DNA from: Vezdaea acicularis
Lineage: Eukaryota
DNA length: 64,000 nt
Assembly: GCA_026025075.1 (NCBI GenBank)
Contig: JAPEUI010000081.1
Span: 1 to 64,000, forward strand
Direction: 5' to 3'
A model generated the notes under the pieces. That model worked only from the letters and a program-made list of their open reading frames with translations, was not told the DNA's origin and searched no databases. Below are positions 35,687 to 48,833 of the stretch, piece after piece (the stretch's first letter is position 1; every line of letters begins with the position of its first letter). The position numbers and the translations under genes are program-made.

Positions 35687-37493
35687 ATGCCTAGCTTTCC
35701 GCCGTCACCAACGCTTCTTCCTCCTAGGAGGAGCCTCGAAGATCCTGGCGCCCGTGATCTAGGTGAGGAGCTCCTCATTGGTCCAGCTGATTCCTTTGGG
35801 TATAATCAAGTTGACTGACTGATGTATGTTTAGAATCTTCTGAAAATGAGGATGAACACTTCTCCGATGCTTCTGAAGGACGTCCTTCTGGAAGAAATTC
35901 ACCCGTGCCTCTTACAAGAGTGGAGAAGGTTGATGATGAACCAAGCTATGGCGAGGTTCCAGGTACCGCAGCGTATGAAATGCGGGCACAAGACGCTGTC
36001 CCGGACGTCGTTGGCGTCGCTCCTCATTCTTCCAAATCATCTTCTCCCCGACCAACGAGCCGTCCAGCTACTCCAGGAGGAGAAACAATCCCTTTCACTG
36101 TTGTTGAAAAGGTCGATCCGTCGTCCCCCAGCCATGGAGAAGTGCCTGGCACTACAGCGCATGCAGCTAGAAGAGCTGATGCTGTTCCTGACCTTGTGCT
36201 CAAAAGTTCTGAATCGGGCATTGCTTCGGGAGAGGTGTCTCCAATCCGTTCAAGGTCAAATAGTACGCCAGGGGACCTCCCAATACCTATTACGAAGGTG
36301 TCCAAAGTCGATACAGCACCGAAACATGGTGAGATACCAGGGACGTATGCTTATGAAAAACGAAAGGGCGATGCCGACCCTGATATTGTAGAAGCTGTCG
36401 AAGGTATGGGTTGACCGTCTTTTGTTTCCTGTTTCCAGCGAGCCATTGACCGAGTCAGGTTTGCCAACTTCACCGTCTCATAGATCCCAACCCCTGAGCG
36501 GTATAAATACAGAACCTAGTCACACGTCCGACCTAGTGGAGCAGGACGAGACTGAGGGTAAAGATGAGGGATTTGGTGATGATTTTGATGATTTTGAAGA
36601 GGGAGAAGAGGGCGAGGATGATTTCGGAGATTTTGATGACGGACTTCAACAGCCTAATGCAAGCATGTCCCATGAGACGCAAGCAAACTATTCACCTCTC
36701 CCTTCCTTTGTAAGTAAAAGTGATCAGGTTGCTGGAATGCCACATTCGTTGAATGCCAGAATTGCCAATCCGTAGGCGGCGGTTGCTGATCAATCTACAG
36801 CAAATGCTAGATTTCGACGAGCTTGATAGCCCTTCAGAAGTTGTCGCAGCAGCTACAAACCATTTCAGAGATCTATTTACGTCCACTGAGAGTATAGAGC
36901 CATCGCGCCTTGAGGCGCTGCCACGTGAAAATACTATATTTCTCACGGACCGTAGCGCGTCTTTATGGGCACAGCTCGTTGCACCCCCCCCATTGCAGCC
37001 GCCTAACTGGCTACGCTCTCGGATAAGGCGACTGTTTCTTGTTTCCCTCGGTGTACCTATAGATCTTGACGAGATTTTACCAGCATCAAAACAAAAGAAA
37101 CTCATACTTCCATCCATTCACGTGTCCTCATCACCTCGCCCTTCATCGGATTCTCGACCTCGCGGTGCCCAATCAAAGACGGAAGGTCAAAGTGGCTCAG
37201 GTGCATCGGAAAGCTCTCAAGGCCGGACAAAGCCACGAAAAGGCCCACCACCACAGCCAGAGATGGATCTTATTGGCGCAAGAATATTGTGTGGGACGAC
37301 AAACGCTGCATTGGAAGGATTTTCTGATGATGAGTTGATGAAGCATATGCAGGAACTGGAAGACTTGACTCAGCGAGCGGGGGAGGTGCTGGAGTATTGG
37401 CTACGGAGAAAAGATGGTGCAATTGGGGATAAAGAAGCATTCGAAGGCGTTATCGAAAACCTGGTAAAGCATGCTAGAAAGGTTAGGAAATAG
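35687..37493 (+). CDS. LAA2: Laa2/YBL010C-like AP-1 accessory protein (DUF5102), about 4 exons
   Basis: Acidic FGDDFDDF and DDFGDF gamma-adaptin-ear motifs; conserved SLWAQLVAPPPLQPPNWLRSRIRRLFLVSLGVPIDLDEILP; three N-terminal xKVD..P..GE.PGT.A...R..DA.PD repeats. Confidence 0.72.
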
Positions 37494-37602
37494 TCATCCT
37501 ACCACTAGTTTAAAGTCTTATGCGCGTGAATAATACGGCTGAGTGGGTTGAGCAGATGTTATCATGATTTTGTTCGAGTATATACAGTTGCTCTTCGCTA
37601 GT

Positions 37603-38166
37603 TTATATCGAATGGTCACCCTTCTTCCGAGCCTACGATTATTGCATCAGTAAATTACAGTGTTTAAAAAAGCTTGACTAGTTACTTACCCACAGAGCGC
37701 CTTCGCCTCCTAGCTCTCTATCCAGACCCCCCTCATATTCTTTGGGCACCGAAGGCTTGTCAGGATAGAACCGGCTCACGACAAAGCATAACCCAAGGAC
37801 AGCTGCAACAAATGTCCCAAGCTGAAGCGCACCCTTCCCAGGAGGAGTGTGAGTATACTCTTCCGGAGAAAATACGCCAAGGATATCATTATCCTCATGG
37901 ACAGGCTCTCCATAATTCCGTCTCTCCTGCTTATCCCACCAATCACCGTATGGATCGCGGAACTGTCGTTTGATGGGTGGCGGTTGTTGATAGCCGCCAT
38001 TCTAGCAGAGGCATTAGAATGCAATTGAATCACAGAAGGGTATTAGTACCATATTAGGGTCATCAACATCGGAAAAGCCTCGAGTATGGACGAGAGATCC
38101 ACGAGCATGTACAGATTTGGTCGTTCGAAGCAACGATCGCGCCGCTACCACTTGTCTCAGAAGCAT
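37603..38166 (-). CDS. NDUFB8: NADH:ubiquinone oxidoreductase subunit NDUFB8/ASHI (20.1 kDa subunit), 3 exons
   Basis: Manual translation: MLLRQVVAARSLLRTT...DVDDPNM-NGGYQQPPPIKRQFRDPYGDWWDKQERRNYGEPVHEDNDILGVFSP...TM...YPDKPSVPKEYEGGLDRELGG-ARKKGDHSI*. Not in the ORF track. Confidence 0.9.
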
Positions 38167-38606
38167 CTAGTGTCGCTGTTAGCTTGGACGATCGGAAATA
38201 CAGAGAATGAGAAACTGGTTTGTACCTTCCAATGCGCTGAATAGCATCAATGGAGAAGCTTTGACATCGAAGAAAGTACGTGGTGTCAAGCGTATGAAAT
38301 GCTGCACTAGGCGACCCCGTGATCGAATGCTCCTGGGACCGAATTGGCGTTCGTCGCTTATTACTTGAGGCGATTTTGAATTTTGCAGCCGTTTCATGCC
38401 TCGACCAGTCATGCCAGCATTTTCTCACTAATTACACTCCTACATACTTTACAGATCCAAAAACTTAGCCAAACTTCTTCCTCTTAACGAGATTGGCTCT
38501 GGCTATCTTTTGATGTCAGATTTGGCGCATTTGGCTTGCGTATCGCGCCGCAAGTTGGGGTTGCCTGGGCGAAGGGGTCACACGTCGTCGCCCTGGCCTG
38601 CCCGAG

Positions 38607-41600
38607 ATGCAGAGCCGGGACACATCTGGCGTGTCGAAGCATGAAGCATCAACCCACCACACCGCCTTCGATCATGTCGCGCGAAGTGAGTACGCGTCAG
38701 ATATGCTAATGATTAATACGTCAAATGCTAAAAAAATGTATAGATCCTGAATCGGACACTCACGATACCCATTTAAGTAACGGCACCGAGCTTCAGAATG
38801 GATTCGATGAATCCCCAAGTAAGAGACGGAAGCTCACCGACGCGGATGTCCGGCCTCGGTCACTATCCAGGCCAGTCTCGCCGCCGTGGAGGAGGATTGC
38901 CGTCGAGGGCCCAACATCGTTCGTGGAAGGAGGGCGAAGGAAGTCTTCAAGAACAAACCAGGTGCCACTGGAATTTCAACCCCCGTCTGAGAAACGCCAG
39001 ACGCGCTCAACCAACAAACGTCCTAAGGGCCCAAAGAGTATCTATGGTGGTGCAGCGATTATTTCTACTCCACCTGCCCCGCAGTCTTCAGATCCCCCTA
39101 AACCCAGACGAGGTCGTCCACCTGGTTCTGGTAAAGTGCAACAGGGTCAATTGGCAGGCAAGACAATCGCAGGTGCTGGGACCCCAAAAAGTGCGCCACC
39201 GAGGGTCAACACTCCAAAGTCATTCAAGGTCCCGATGACTAATTCACCGTCGAGTATCATGGATCAACCTCGTACACCAACCAAACAGCCAACACGAGCG
39301 AAAGAGTCGAGTGAACTGCAACCAACACGAAGATCCTCTCGTGCTTTCAAGCCCGCAAGGAAGTTAGAGTTGAACGGATACAACGGTGAACGCAATGATA
39401 ATAAATCTCCGTCAGTGTCTAAAAGTCCCCAAACACAGCGCTTTCGATTCAAAATCAAAATGCCGAGAGTACCGGTGCTACATCCTGGACATATTGTTGG
39501 TGCACGGCACTTTTCATCATTCAGAGATTGGTTTGAACACCAAGATCCGTTGAGTGGAGAGGACAACCAGAAGTTATCCTATGATGACGCTGTGCGGGAA
39601 GCTCATATTCGTCAGCGCATTGAAGAAGCCACTGAGCCTGGTGGAGTTTTGTCTCAAGAGAGGTGTGCTGTGTATCAGCCAGAGCCCCAGGAAGACCCAC
39701 CTAAGCAGTTCTCACATCAAGATCATCTTATTAGCCAAGCGATGCATTTTCAACGTCTAATGGACCGTGAGAGGAAGTCACATATGATATTAGCTCGCAA
39801 GATTGCACACGCTGCGAAGAGTGAAGGGAGAAAGATTCTTGAAAAGGGCAAACCGAAGACAGCGGAGCAAATTGAACGGGAACTTGAAGAGCAGCGCGCG
39901 GCCTTATATCGCCTTGTATGCAAGGACTTGCAGAAGAAATGGGGCTTGATCACCGAGGAAGTGAACAAAAGACGCCTCGCACGCTGGGAAGAGGAAGAGG
40001 AGGAACGTGGAAAACTGGCGCTCAATAAAATGCTCCAACACTCTAATCACTTACTTGATGCAAGACTAGCCCGCCGCTCCTCTGGAGCATTTTCAGATGA
40101 TGATAGCGATCAGTCCGACGATGAGGAATCAGCTTCAGCTTCGGGACATCGAGACAGCAGCAACATGTCTAACAGCGAATCAGAAAGTGAAGAAGATGCT
40201 CAGATTGACGGCGCGGACAATGATGAAAACCTCACCATTGAGCAGCTGCAGCAAAAATATTCTCGTCTCTCAGACTCGGCATTCCCAACTAGGTCTCCCT
40301 CGAAGTCTTCACTACACGACGAAGATCTTGAAGATGAGCTAGCTTTGCCTAAGGAAGTCAGTTACACTCCAAGGGCCACGGAGCGTGTGGCAGGCGTGGC
40401 TGATGTTGAGCTCGAGGATGTTGATGAGATGCTAGTTGATGATAGTGACAGCTCTACAGACATGGACGAGGATATGGGTGATAGCGATGAAGGTGATGCC
40501 ACTGATGAGGACATAGAAACGGAAGAGGAACATGAATCCGGTTTATTAGGCTTCTTCGCCCCTCAAGAACTTGGAGACGATACAAGACCTCTTATTGACA
40601 CCACCATGGGAGACGGCGAAGACGACATAGACGAGCTCTCGCTTATTCCCGGCCCTTCACAAACCCCCGCCGGTCCTCCATTTATGCAGGAGCCAGCATC
40701 AACGCGAAACAGCTTAGAAACACCTGATAGTCATCAAGAGCCCAGTAGTCAGGCCTCCCCAGGTACAAATGCAACCACAAAGGCATCAGAGCCAGATTCC
40801 CGTTCGTCCATCGAACTACATGACAGTCGTCAAGTATCACGAAAGGCAACGCCACAATCATCCAGCATCCCCAATATTCCAATACCATCGCTTCTTCGAG
40901 GCACTTTACGAGAATACCAGCACTACGGACTCGATTGGCTTGCTGGTCTCTACGCCAACGGCACAAACGGCATATTGGCTGACGAGATGGGTCTCGGCAA
41001 GACCATTCAGACCATAGCTCTCCTTGCCCACCTTGCTTGTGTCCATGAAGCTTGGGGGCCTCATCTGGTTGTTGTTCCTACAAGCGTTATGCTAAATTGG
41101 GAAATGGAATTCAAGAAATGGTGCCCCGGGTTCAAGATCTTGACATACTACGGCACGCAGGAAGAACGAAAAGCAAAACGGAAAGGGTGGGGTAACGATG
41201 ATACATGGCACGTTGTCATTACGTCCTACCAGCTTGCTCTGCAGGATCAGACTTCTTTCAAGCGAAGGAATTGGCATTACATGGTGTTGGACGAAGCCCA
41301 TAACATCAAGAACTTTCGCTCTCAGCGATGGCAAGCCCTTCTCACCTTCAAGACAAGAGCAAGACTTCTACTGACTGGGACGCCGCTTCAAAATAACCTA
41401 ACAGAGCTCTGGTCATTGCTCTATTTTCTTATGCCTTCGGACATGGCAGAGGATGGGATTGGCGGCTTCGCAGACCTTAAAGAGTTCTCAGACTGGTTTA
41501 AGAAGCCCGTCGAGCAAATCCTGGAGCACGGACGAGAGACCATGGATAATGAATCTCGCATGATTGTCACCAAACTGCACAAACTTCTGCGGCCTTATCT

Positions 41601-43530
41601 GCTCCGACGACTGAAAGCGGACGTGGAGAAGCAAATGCCCGGCAAATACGAACACGTCGTCTACTGCCGTCTTTCTAAACGCCAGCGTCATCTTTACGAC
41701 GAGTTCTTAAGTCGTGGCAAGACAAAGGAGACATTAGCTGGGGGTAACTATCTCTCAATCATGAATTGTCTAATGCAGCTTCGCAAGGTCTGTAACCATC
41801 CTGATCTCCACGAGACGCGTGAGATTGTAACATCCTGCCGAATGAGCAAGTCCGCAGTTGCAGATTTTGAAATCAATGAGTTTCTAGTCCGCAGGAAGCT
41901 ACTACGGGAAGAGTCTGAAGAGAAGGTTAATCTAGACTTCCTAGGCTTACTTCCTACTTCAAAAGAAGCAGAGTCGCGGTTAATGCTTGACACAAGCGAT
42001 AGGCTTATGGAACATGGCCCATTGCTCGAGCAATGCTGGGAGCAGAAGAACCGGATTTATGCTCAAAATGCTTTTGATGGGTCCTCTATGCATTCCACCT
42101 CGACCTACGTAAACGGCACCGTTCAGCGGTCTCGACTGATAGCCCTCGAGCAGACATACTATCGCAATGCCCTTCGACGCTCACACCGTCCAATCTATGG
42201 TAGCGGCCTGATAGAGCATTTGACTCTCGGTTTGCAACATCGACCCTTCGTTCCGAAACCAATACGACGAGCTCAGATGTCTGAATGGCTGACGGACTCC
42301 ATGTCTGCATTGAGGGAAATGATCCCTACGCTCGCGCAAAGGTCAATCATGATGCAGAGTGTAGTTGAGAAATTCGGATGCATCACGCCAGCCGTGTACG
42401 CACGTGAGATCCTGCCATTGTCCCTGACCGAACATGGTATGTTGGCCATCCAACAAGCACAATCGACCTACAAGGAGGATAATTTCCACGATGCTCGGAT
42501 CCGTCTTTCAATCGCATTTCCCGATAAACGACTGCTTCAATATGACTGTGGAAAACTCCAGAGATTAGACAAACTGCTACGAGACCTGCAATCAGGCGGC
42601 CATCGTGCCCTGATATTCACGCAGATGACAAAGGTTTTAGACATCCTGGAGCAATTTCTCAATATTCATGGCCACCGCTACCTGCGCTTGGATGGCTCCA
42701 CAAAGGTCGAACAGCGTCAAATTCTAACCGAACGCTTTAATAATGATGACCGGATCCTGGTCTTTATCCTTTCCTCGAGGTCTGGAGGGCTTGGCATCAA
42801 CTTGACTGGAGCCGATACAGTAATATTCTATGATCTGGACTGGAACCCTGCAATGGACAAGCAATGTCAAGATCGTTGTCATCGTATTGGCCAAACCCGA
42901 GACGTTCACATCTATCGATTTGTCACCGAAGCAACTATTGAATCCAACATCCTGCGGAAAGCCAATCAGAAGAGAATGCTCGATGATGTCGTGATCCAGG
43001 AAGGAGAATTCACAACAGAATATTTTAACAAAATGGCAGTTCCAGATATTCCTGATGATGACGCCGAGGTCCTTGAAGGACGCTCTGCTGCGAATGCCGC
43101 CTTGGACCGTGTTCTAGGAGGTCAAGTCGGTGGTGAGGTTGAGAAAGTGCTCGAGCAAGTCGAAGATACGGAAGATATCGTTGCAGCAAAGAAGGCCAAG
43201 AGCGAGCTGGTGCACACTGACGATGCAGATTTTGATGAGAAAGTTGTCACAGGCAGTGGTGCTGGGGCAACCCCTAGAACACCTGGTACACCCTTTGAGC
43301 AGGCCGGGCAAACTAGAAACGTGTCCATTGTCCCGGGAATCACCGACGACCTTCAAGATGCTGTTGCTCTTGTCAATGATGAGGACGACCTCCCACATGT
43401 CGATGAGTATATGATCAAGTACATGGAATGGTTCCTAGAAGACGTACCCGTCGATGTTCCGCTTGATAGGCTGAAGAGTAAGAGCAAGAACAAGAAGAAC
43501 GCCTACCGGGTCAAGAAGCACACCAAGTAG
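38607..43530 (+). CDS. SWR1: Swr1 chromatin-remodelling ATPase (H2A.Z deposition)
   Basis: HSA region; SNF2 motifs GILADEMGLGKT, LDEAHNIKN, LLLTGTPLQNN; split ATPase with FPDKRLLQYDCGKL and QCQDRCHRIGQTRDV. Frame-compatible first exon 38607-38685 with intron 38686-38743 (start inferred). Confidence 0.96.
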
Positions 43531-43964
43531 ACGTGTATAACCGCGCGCTAAGACTTGCATATTTACATACGAGCTTTCTTAGCGGTCTTAGAAAGGGCGG
43601 ATTGTTTGTATTAGGGGCTGTTAGTTTCATGTCTGTATTTCGTCTTATTGTCATTTCTTAGAGTCTCCGCATGAGCGTGGCGTTTTTTGTCTCCTTTCCA
43701 GCATTGTCAGGTCTTTTGCATTTGTCTGGGCGGCATGGAACCTGGGCGCGGTTTGGATCGTTGGAACGAGTAAAGTAGACCAAAAATTATACAGACATTT
43801 TCTCTCTTCTCAGACTCTCCAATCCTGTCATATGACAGATTAAATTTCTGTCCCACCCACCATCCCTTCGCTCTTATACCCCACCCTACAACGAAGGCAC
43901 ATGCCCACAGTAATGTCAACCCGCCTTTCTACCATCACCTCAATCCATATTCGCTAACTTAAAA

Positions 43965-44174
43965 AACAGGATATTTCTGGCTTCCCAAGCAATGAAAGAT
44001 GGTCAAATCAGCAGTCTAAAAGCAGCTGCAAGAACACATAATGTCAAATATACGATGCTTTACAATCGGCTTCGTGGCATGCACGCATAAAGTAATTACA
44101 GCTCTAGTTGCATCAAGCTTGCCTCTTTGGAGGAATCGGTTATGGGTAATCACATCTTAGACTTGGATTCATGA
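43965..44174 (+). mobile_element. Degenerate pogo/Fot1-type (Tc1-mariner) transposase fragment, N-terminal HTH
   Basis: NRIFLASQAMKDGQISSLKAAARTHNVKYTMLYNRLRGMHA*SNYSSSCIKLASLEESVMGNHILDLDS* follows the fungal pogo HTH_psq/CENP-B start pattern (S.RAAA..Y.V...TL..RL.G...KL...EE......ILDLD.RG). Contains in-frame stops. Confidence 0.75.
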
Positions 44175-44638
44175 GACGGGGTTATATCGAGAGTTCCTGG
44201 TCGCACTCGTGCCATCTCGCCGTGAAGTCCGTAACGAATTGTCTGCACTACTTGCTAACGCCCCGCTGGAGCTTTGAGGGCCATGATATTGAAAAGGGTG
44301 GAGTCTGGATTTAGATTTTCTCACGGCTCGATGACGCAAGCGCATTTGTGCTAGTTGAGACTAAAGAATCTAGTCGTCAGACCAGAGTTGTTGTTTCAAA
44401 GGCCGAAGGGGGGGGATGGCCTAGGCGACGTGCATGTGTGGCTGCACGGTATATGAACAGTAGTTGCAAGGTCGTCAAAGTATCGCACTATTACATATGT
44501 GCAGTGCTTGTTGGATATAGAGGCGACAAGAAGAGTGAAACCCAGAAAGAAGATGTTATCTACTACGATGCATACATGATCATTACCTGCCGTATAACCT
44601 GCGTACCCACCCGAACCCCGCATGCTCCATAGAGCCCC

Positions 44639-45890
44639 TTACTTTTTTAGCGCATCCACAGCCGCCATCAGCTCAACAGGCTTTTCAAAGACCTGCCAGA
44701 CGTCCCGGGGGACGTCTTTGAAGGCCTTCTCGAACCGTTCGGCGCTGTTCTTGTCTGTCTCGTTCATCTCGGCTACATCGCTCACTTTGCGGATAAATAT
44801 CTTTTTGACCCACCCAGGATACTTCCTGTAAATTTCCCCGTATGCTTCGGGATCTGTCTGAGTCGAGTCTCCAATGCAGAGCCACTTGCGCTTTGGTAGC
44901 CATTTGTGGATCATGTCCATCTGGCCTACCTTGTAGCCTTGAGTACCAACTGTCAGGGACGCTAAGAACCCTGCGAGGTCCATCCAAGATGCATCGCGGA
45001 GTAGGAGCGTTCCCCCAGGATAGACCTCTTTGATGAAGCGGTGCAGGAAAGGGTAGAGATTGTAGGGCGAGGCAGACAAGTAGAACCATGTTGGATTTAG
45101 GCGCCTTGCGATTTGCGCGTAAAGGGATGGCATGGCAGGGATAGGTTTTGGAATGTCAATGAAAGTAGACTTGAGGATACCAAGGGGTGAAGGGGTCATG
45201 GTCGTTTTGATGGTATCATCAATGTCTGGGGAAGCACTTCGTCAGTGAGAGTCTAAGGTAGTTTGAAGGCAAGGACGTACCCGAGATAACACCCCACCCA
45301 GTAGGGCCAGCAAAGTAGGTCGTCATATTATTGTCCTCGTCATCCAACCGACGACCAAGGATTATTCTTCCACTTCTAGTAATCATGTCGTCGTAATGGC
45401 CATGCAGCTTGATCTCGTTATGAGATATGCCATCCCTGTTACTCGGTCCTAGCTTGAAAACTTCCCCTTTGTTGCCTTTGAACATTATCTCTAGCGTTTT
45501 CGAAGGAAGTATCTGGTCCACGAAGGGCTGTAATCTCTCGCGGATCCTCTCCTGAATATCCTCGCCGTCAGCCGCCATGCCCAATTTTTGTGTTATGTCC
45601 GCCACGACTTTGCCGATAACGGCCCGTCCGCTGTCTTTCTCGAAGAAAGCAGCGACGAAAAGCGCTTGCCATGTGTGAGGGAAGCTGGCGCTCTGATAAG
45701 CAGTATTGTCGCAGAGCCATACGATTGAATTGGCAGGATCGATTGGTTGAGCAAAGGGATTTGCTTTCCCCAGATATGACGTGATTTTGTCGAGTGTAGG
45801 CGGTAGGCGCCCTTGGAGAAGAGGCATATCTTTTTCTACGTCGTGGAAGGCGCCCGCTTCTCGAGTTTCTTGTTCTTGGTGATTCGCCAT
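44639..45890 (-). CDS. APP1: App1-like phosphatidate phosphatase (DUF2183), 2 exons
   Basis: GVIS-DIDDTIK catalytic motif across intron 45280-45226; WFYLSASPYNLY; CIGDSTQTDPEAYGEIYRKYPG..KKIFIR. Confidence 0.85.
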
Positions 45891-47119
45891 CTTCAATAGA
45901 ACGGTACTTCTTAGGATATATAGCCGTTTAAGGAGGAGAAAGTGGCGAGAGACTCTAATCTTGCCTTGATATTCGCATGTAAGTCTACCGTCTTACAAGG
46001 AATAGGGAAATGCAAACGAGAAGCTTGGAAAGCAATTGCTTCAAATATAGGGATGACCGCAGGGTAGTGTAAAATAGGACTCAAGCTCAGATCTCGTGAG
46101 ATCTGACAGGGTTCGCCCTAAGCATAAGTGGTGCGGAGAAGCATGACCCGTCTCGCGGGTAATGCCCTTGCTAATTCGCCCCATGGTCCTGGTTGCGGTA
46201 ATGCGCGTGCAAGCACGAATCTTAGGATGACGTTAAGTGTAAAGTCATAATGTTGGGTGTCCAATCTGAGGCGGCGGACAAGCGTCGTGGACCGAACCAC
46301 TTAAGCGAGCGATCGCGAGCGATCACGGGGAGTCCTGGAAATTTCGCTCACGTGGGGCAGCGGGAACCCAACGAGCACACGATTTACCCTTCGAAAATTC
46401 CAAACTCACGCCTAACGATGGATCAAATGAGGCTTCAAAGTGATTGACTTGACTGTGACCACAGTCTCAATTGGGGACCCTGAAATCTCAGTCATGCATA
46501 AGCAGCTAAAGGATTGGCGTGGTCACCGCTTGCAAATGATCGCCAATCCTTAGAAGGAGGCCTTGGCAAATGCCTACCAATGCTACCATTCTCATCACGA
46601 GGACATTATCAGACGATAGTATGGTGCCTTGAAACTACGAGTAAGGCTAAGTTCAAACACTTAACTCTGGGGCTTTCATGACGCTTAGCTATCAGCAAAG
46701 CGCGGATTAAGGAGATTTAAATGCCCCTATCCGTTGTACTTCACGACAGATGCCGCAGACTCGGGACCTGATGGCAACCGAGCAGAGACCAGTCAAGCAG
46801 CTGCCTAACAGAGATTCAATAGTGCAAAGGCAGTTCTCAAATGTTTTGGTAGTCAAGTACGCCTAATTGAGGCTTTGTGCCTGGGTACATCTTGGGCGTA
46901 TTCTCGTAGCTGTGGCGGTGCATCTTTAGTGGTCCAATAAGCCTGCCACAGTAGACTCGCAGCCAGGCTGCAGATCATGATAACTCGGATGCCGTCGAAC
47001 CGAGTCAAGAAGCGGGATGGGCGATATGTTCGTTACTCCTACTCGAATAGGTATTTTAGGAACTTCATTCAAGTCTTGATTCTACATAAGTCAGATTGAT
47101 TGTGGACCGAGAGCAAGTT

Positions 47120-48406
47120 ATGGCCACACCTTCGACTACAGCGGAGACCTCTAATAGAGGCTCCGCCGACGTGGACTTGGAGCGGGGAGCCGAAGGCGAA
47201 GGCGATAACCACGCAGCGGCCATAGCGCCTACAAGCACTAAATCGACGAGCTCTGACGTGCGCAATTCAGATGAGAGTCAGTACTCCGCAAAAGCAGTTC
47301 CAAAGATGCAACTAAGATTTCGAACAGAGCAACCCAACCTGGCACAGCGTGTATCGCGATCGTTGAAGCGAAAACGAAGGAAATTGATATCGCCTCTGAC
47401 CGCAGATGTGAGCGACGACCGCTATGACCACTGGAAATATGAAGCTCGTAAGGTGGCTGATGAACTCCAGTCATATATCTTGACTAACACTAATAAACAG
47501 TGGAGGACCACCCTGACGGCTGGCCGCGGATGGCGGCATATCTTAACCTGTCAGACAACGCCCTAATCTATCGCAAGTTCGGATATTTGCGCAACCGGGT
47601 CCTCCTTAACAAGCAAGCAGAGATAATCGAGCTTGAAGAGCGTCTCCATAACCTCGACCTCCGCGACCAGGACAACGATGAATGGCGGCTCTTCTCACGC
47701 TCCTATGACAACTCACAACCTACCACGCCGCGACGCGCGCTCCTCCAGCAAATCGAGGACAAGCTGCGCGAATATGATGACCTGCTCTTTCGTCAGCAGA
47801 AGCTCGTTTCCATTGGTAAGCCCAACGAGCGTGACCATCTCTCGCTCTTCAACTGGGTATGGAACAATAAGCCCGTCGTCAACGAAGACTTCGACTTCAT
47901 GTTCCACAAGACGGACCTCGTCAAGCTTGAGAATAGGCCAGAAGACAATTGGTTCGATGGCATGCTGCAGGATCTCGTCATGGCGATCTTCAACAATAAC
48001 TTGGTGCGCTTCGTGTTCGGGCGCAGGGACGATAATGCGAGGATTGGGGAGGATAAGACGATCACCTTCTTGACGCCAGAAAGGATCGATACGATGGTCA
48101 AGATTGTAATGGCATGCATCACGATGCTCCTCCTTATTATTCCGGTCATATTACTCTATGTCCTGAATACGAGCAAGAACTCGAAGTTAGGCATCGTACT
48201 GGCCTGGATATTTCTCTTTGCGGTTGTGACGGCGACATTTACGCAGAGTAGGAGGTACGAAGTTATTGCTGGCACGGCTGCGTAAGCTTTTATCCCCTCC
48301 CGTGTAAGATTGATGAATGACATGCTGACGGCTTCGGCTTAGCTATGCTGCGGTTCTGACCGTTTTCCTGGGCCAGCAAAGCCCTGGCAGTGCTTCAGGG
48401 GGCTGA
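47120..48406 (+). CDS. DUF6594-family membrane protein (multi-exon)
   Basis: EDHPDGWPRMAAYL...IYRKFGYLRNRVLLNKQAEIIELEERLHNLD; three C-terminal TM helices ending EVIAGTAA-YAAVLTVFLG. Confidence 0.82.
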
Positions 48407-48833
48407 ATTTGTCGGAGCTAAAAACTCTCCGCTGCGTGTCCGCTATTTAGGGATCTTTGTAACGATAAATCAAGGGTGGGCATTTCAGCGCTGCATATAA
48501 CGATTTATAAAGAGTGGGCATTTCAACGCTGCATATAATCAAAGGGGGAAACATTCGCATCAAGTCCAAGCGCGTGTACATTAGTCATCGCCCGATTGTC
48601 CGGGAGCTCGCTAATCCGGAAGCAGTGCTTTGGAGAGATTCATACAGCACGAGTCTCAGGTAGCCATGACAAACAAATATAGCAACTCAGAGAAATGGCT
48701 AGGTGGCCTAACCCTAACTTTAATCATCTCCTCAGACAATATCCAAGAAAAGGGGCTCGATGAATCGGCTGAGCTAGCTTTGCCAGCTTTAAGACACTAG
48801 GCCTAAGTTACCGCATCGCCTTCTCCTGTAAAT

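Noticed and set aside
48476..48538. 25-bp direct repeat GTGGGCATTTCARCGCTGCATATAA in the DUF6594 3' region
   Set aside because: A simple two-copy duplication with no further structure.
48707..48718. Telomere-like CCTAACCCTAAC (also TAACCCTAA near 24160)
   Set aside because: Two units or fewer, compatible with chance.
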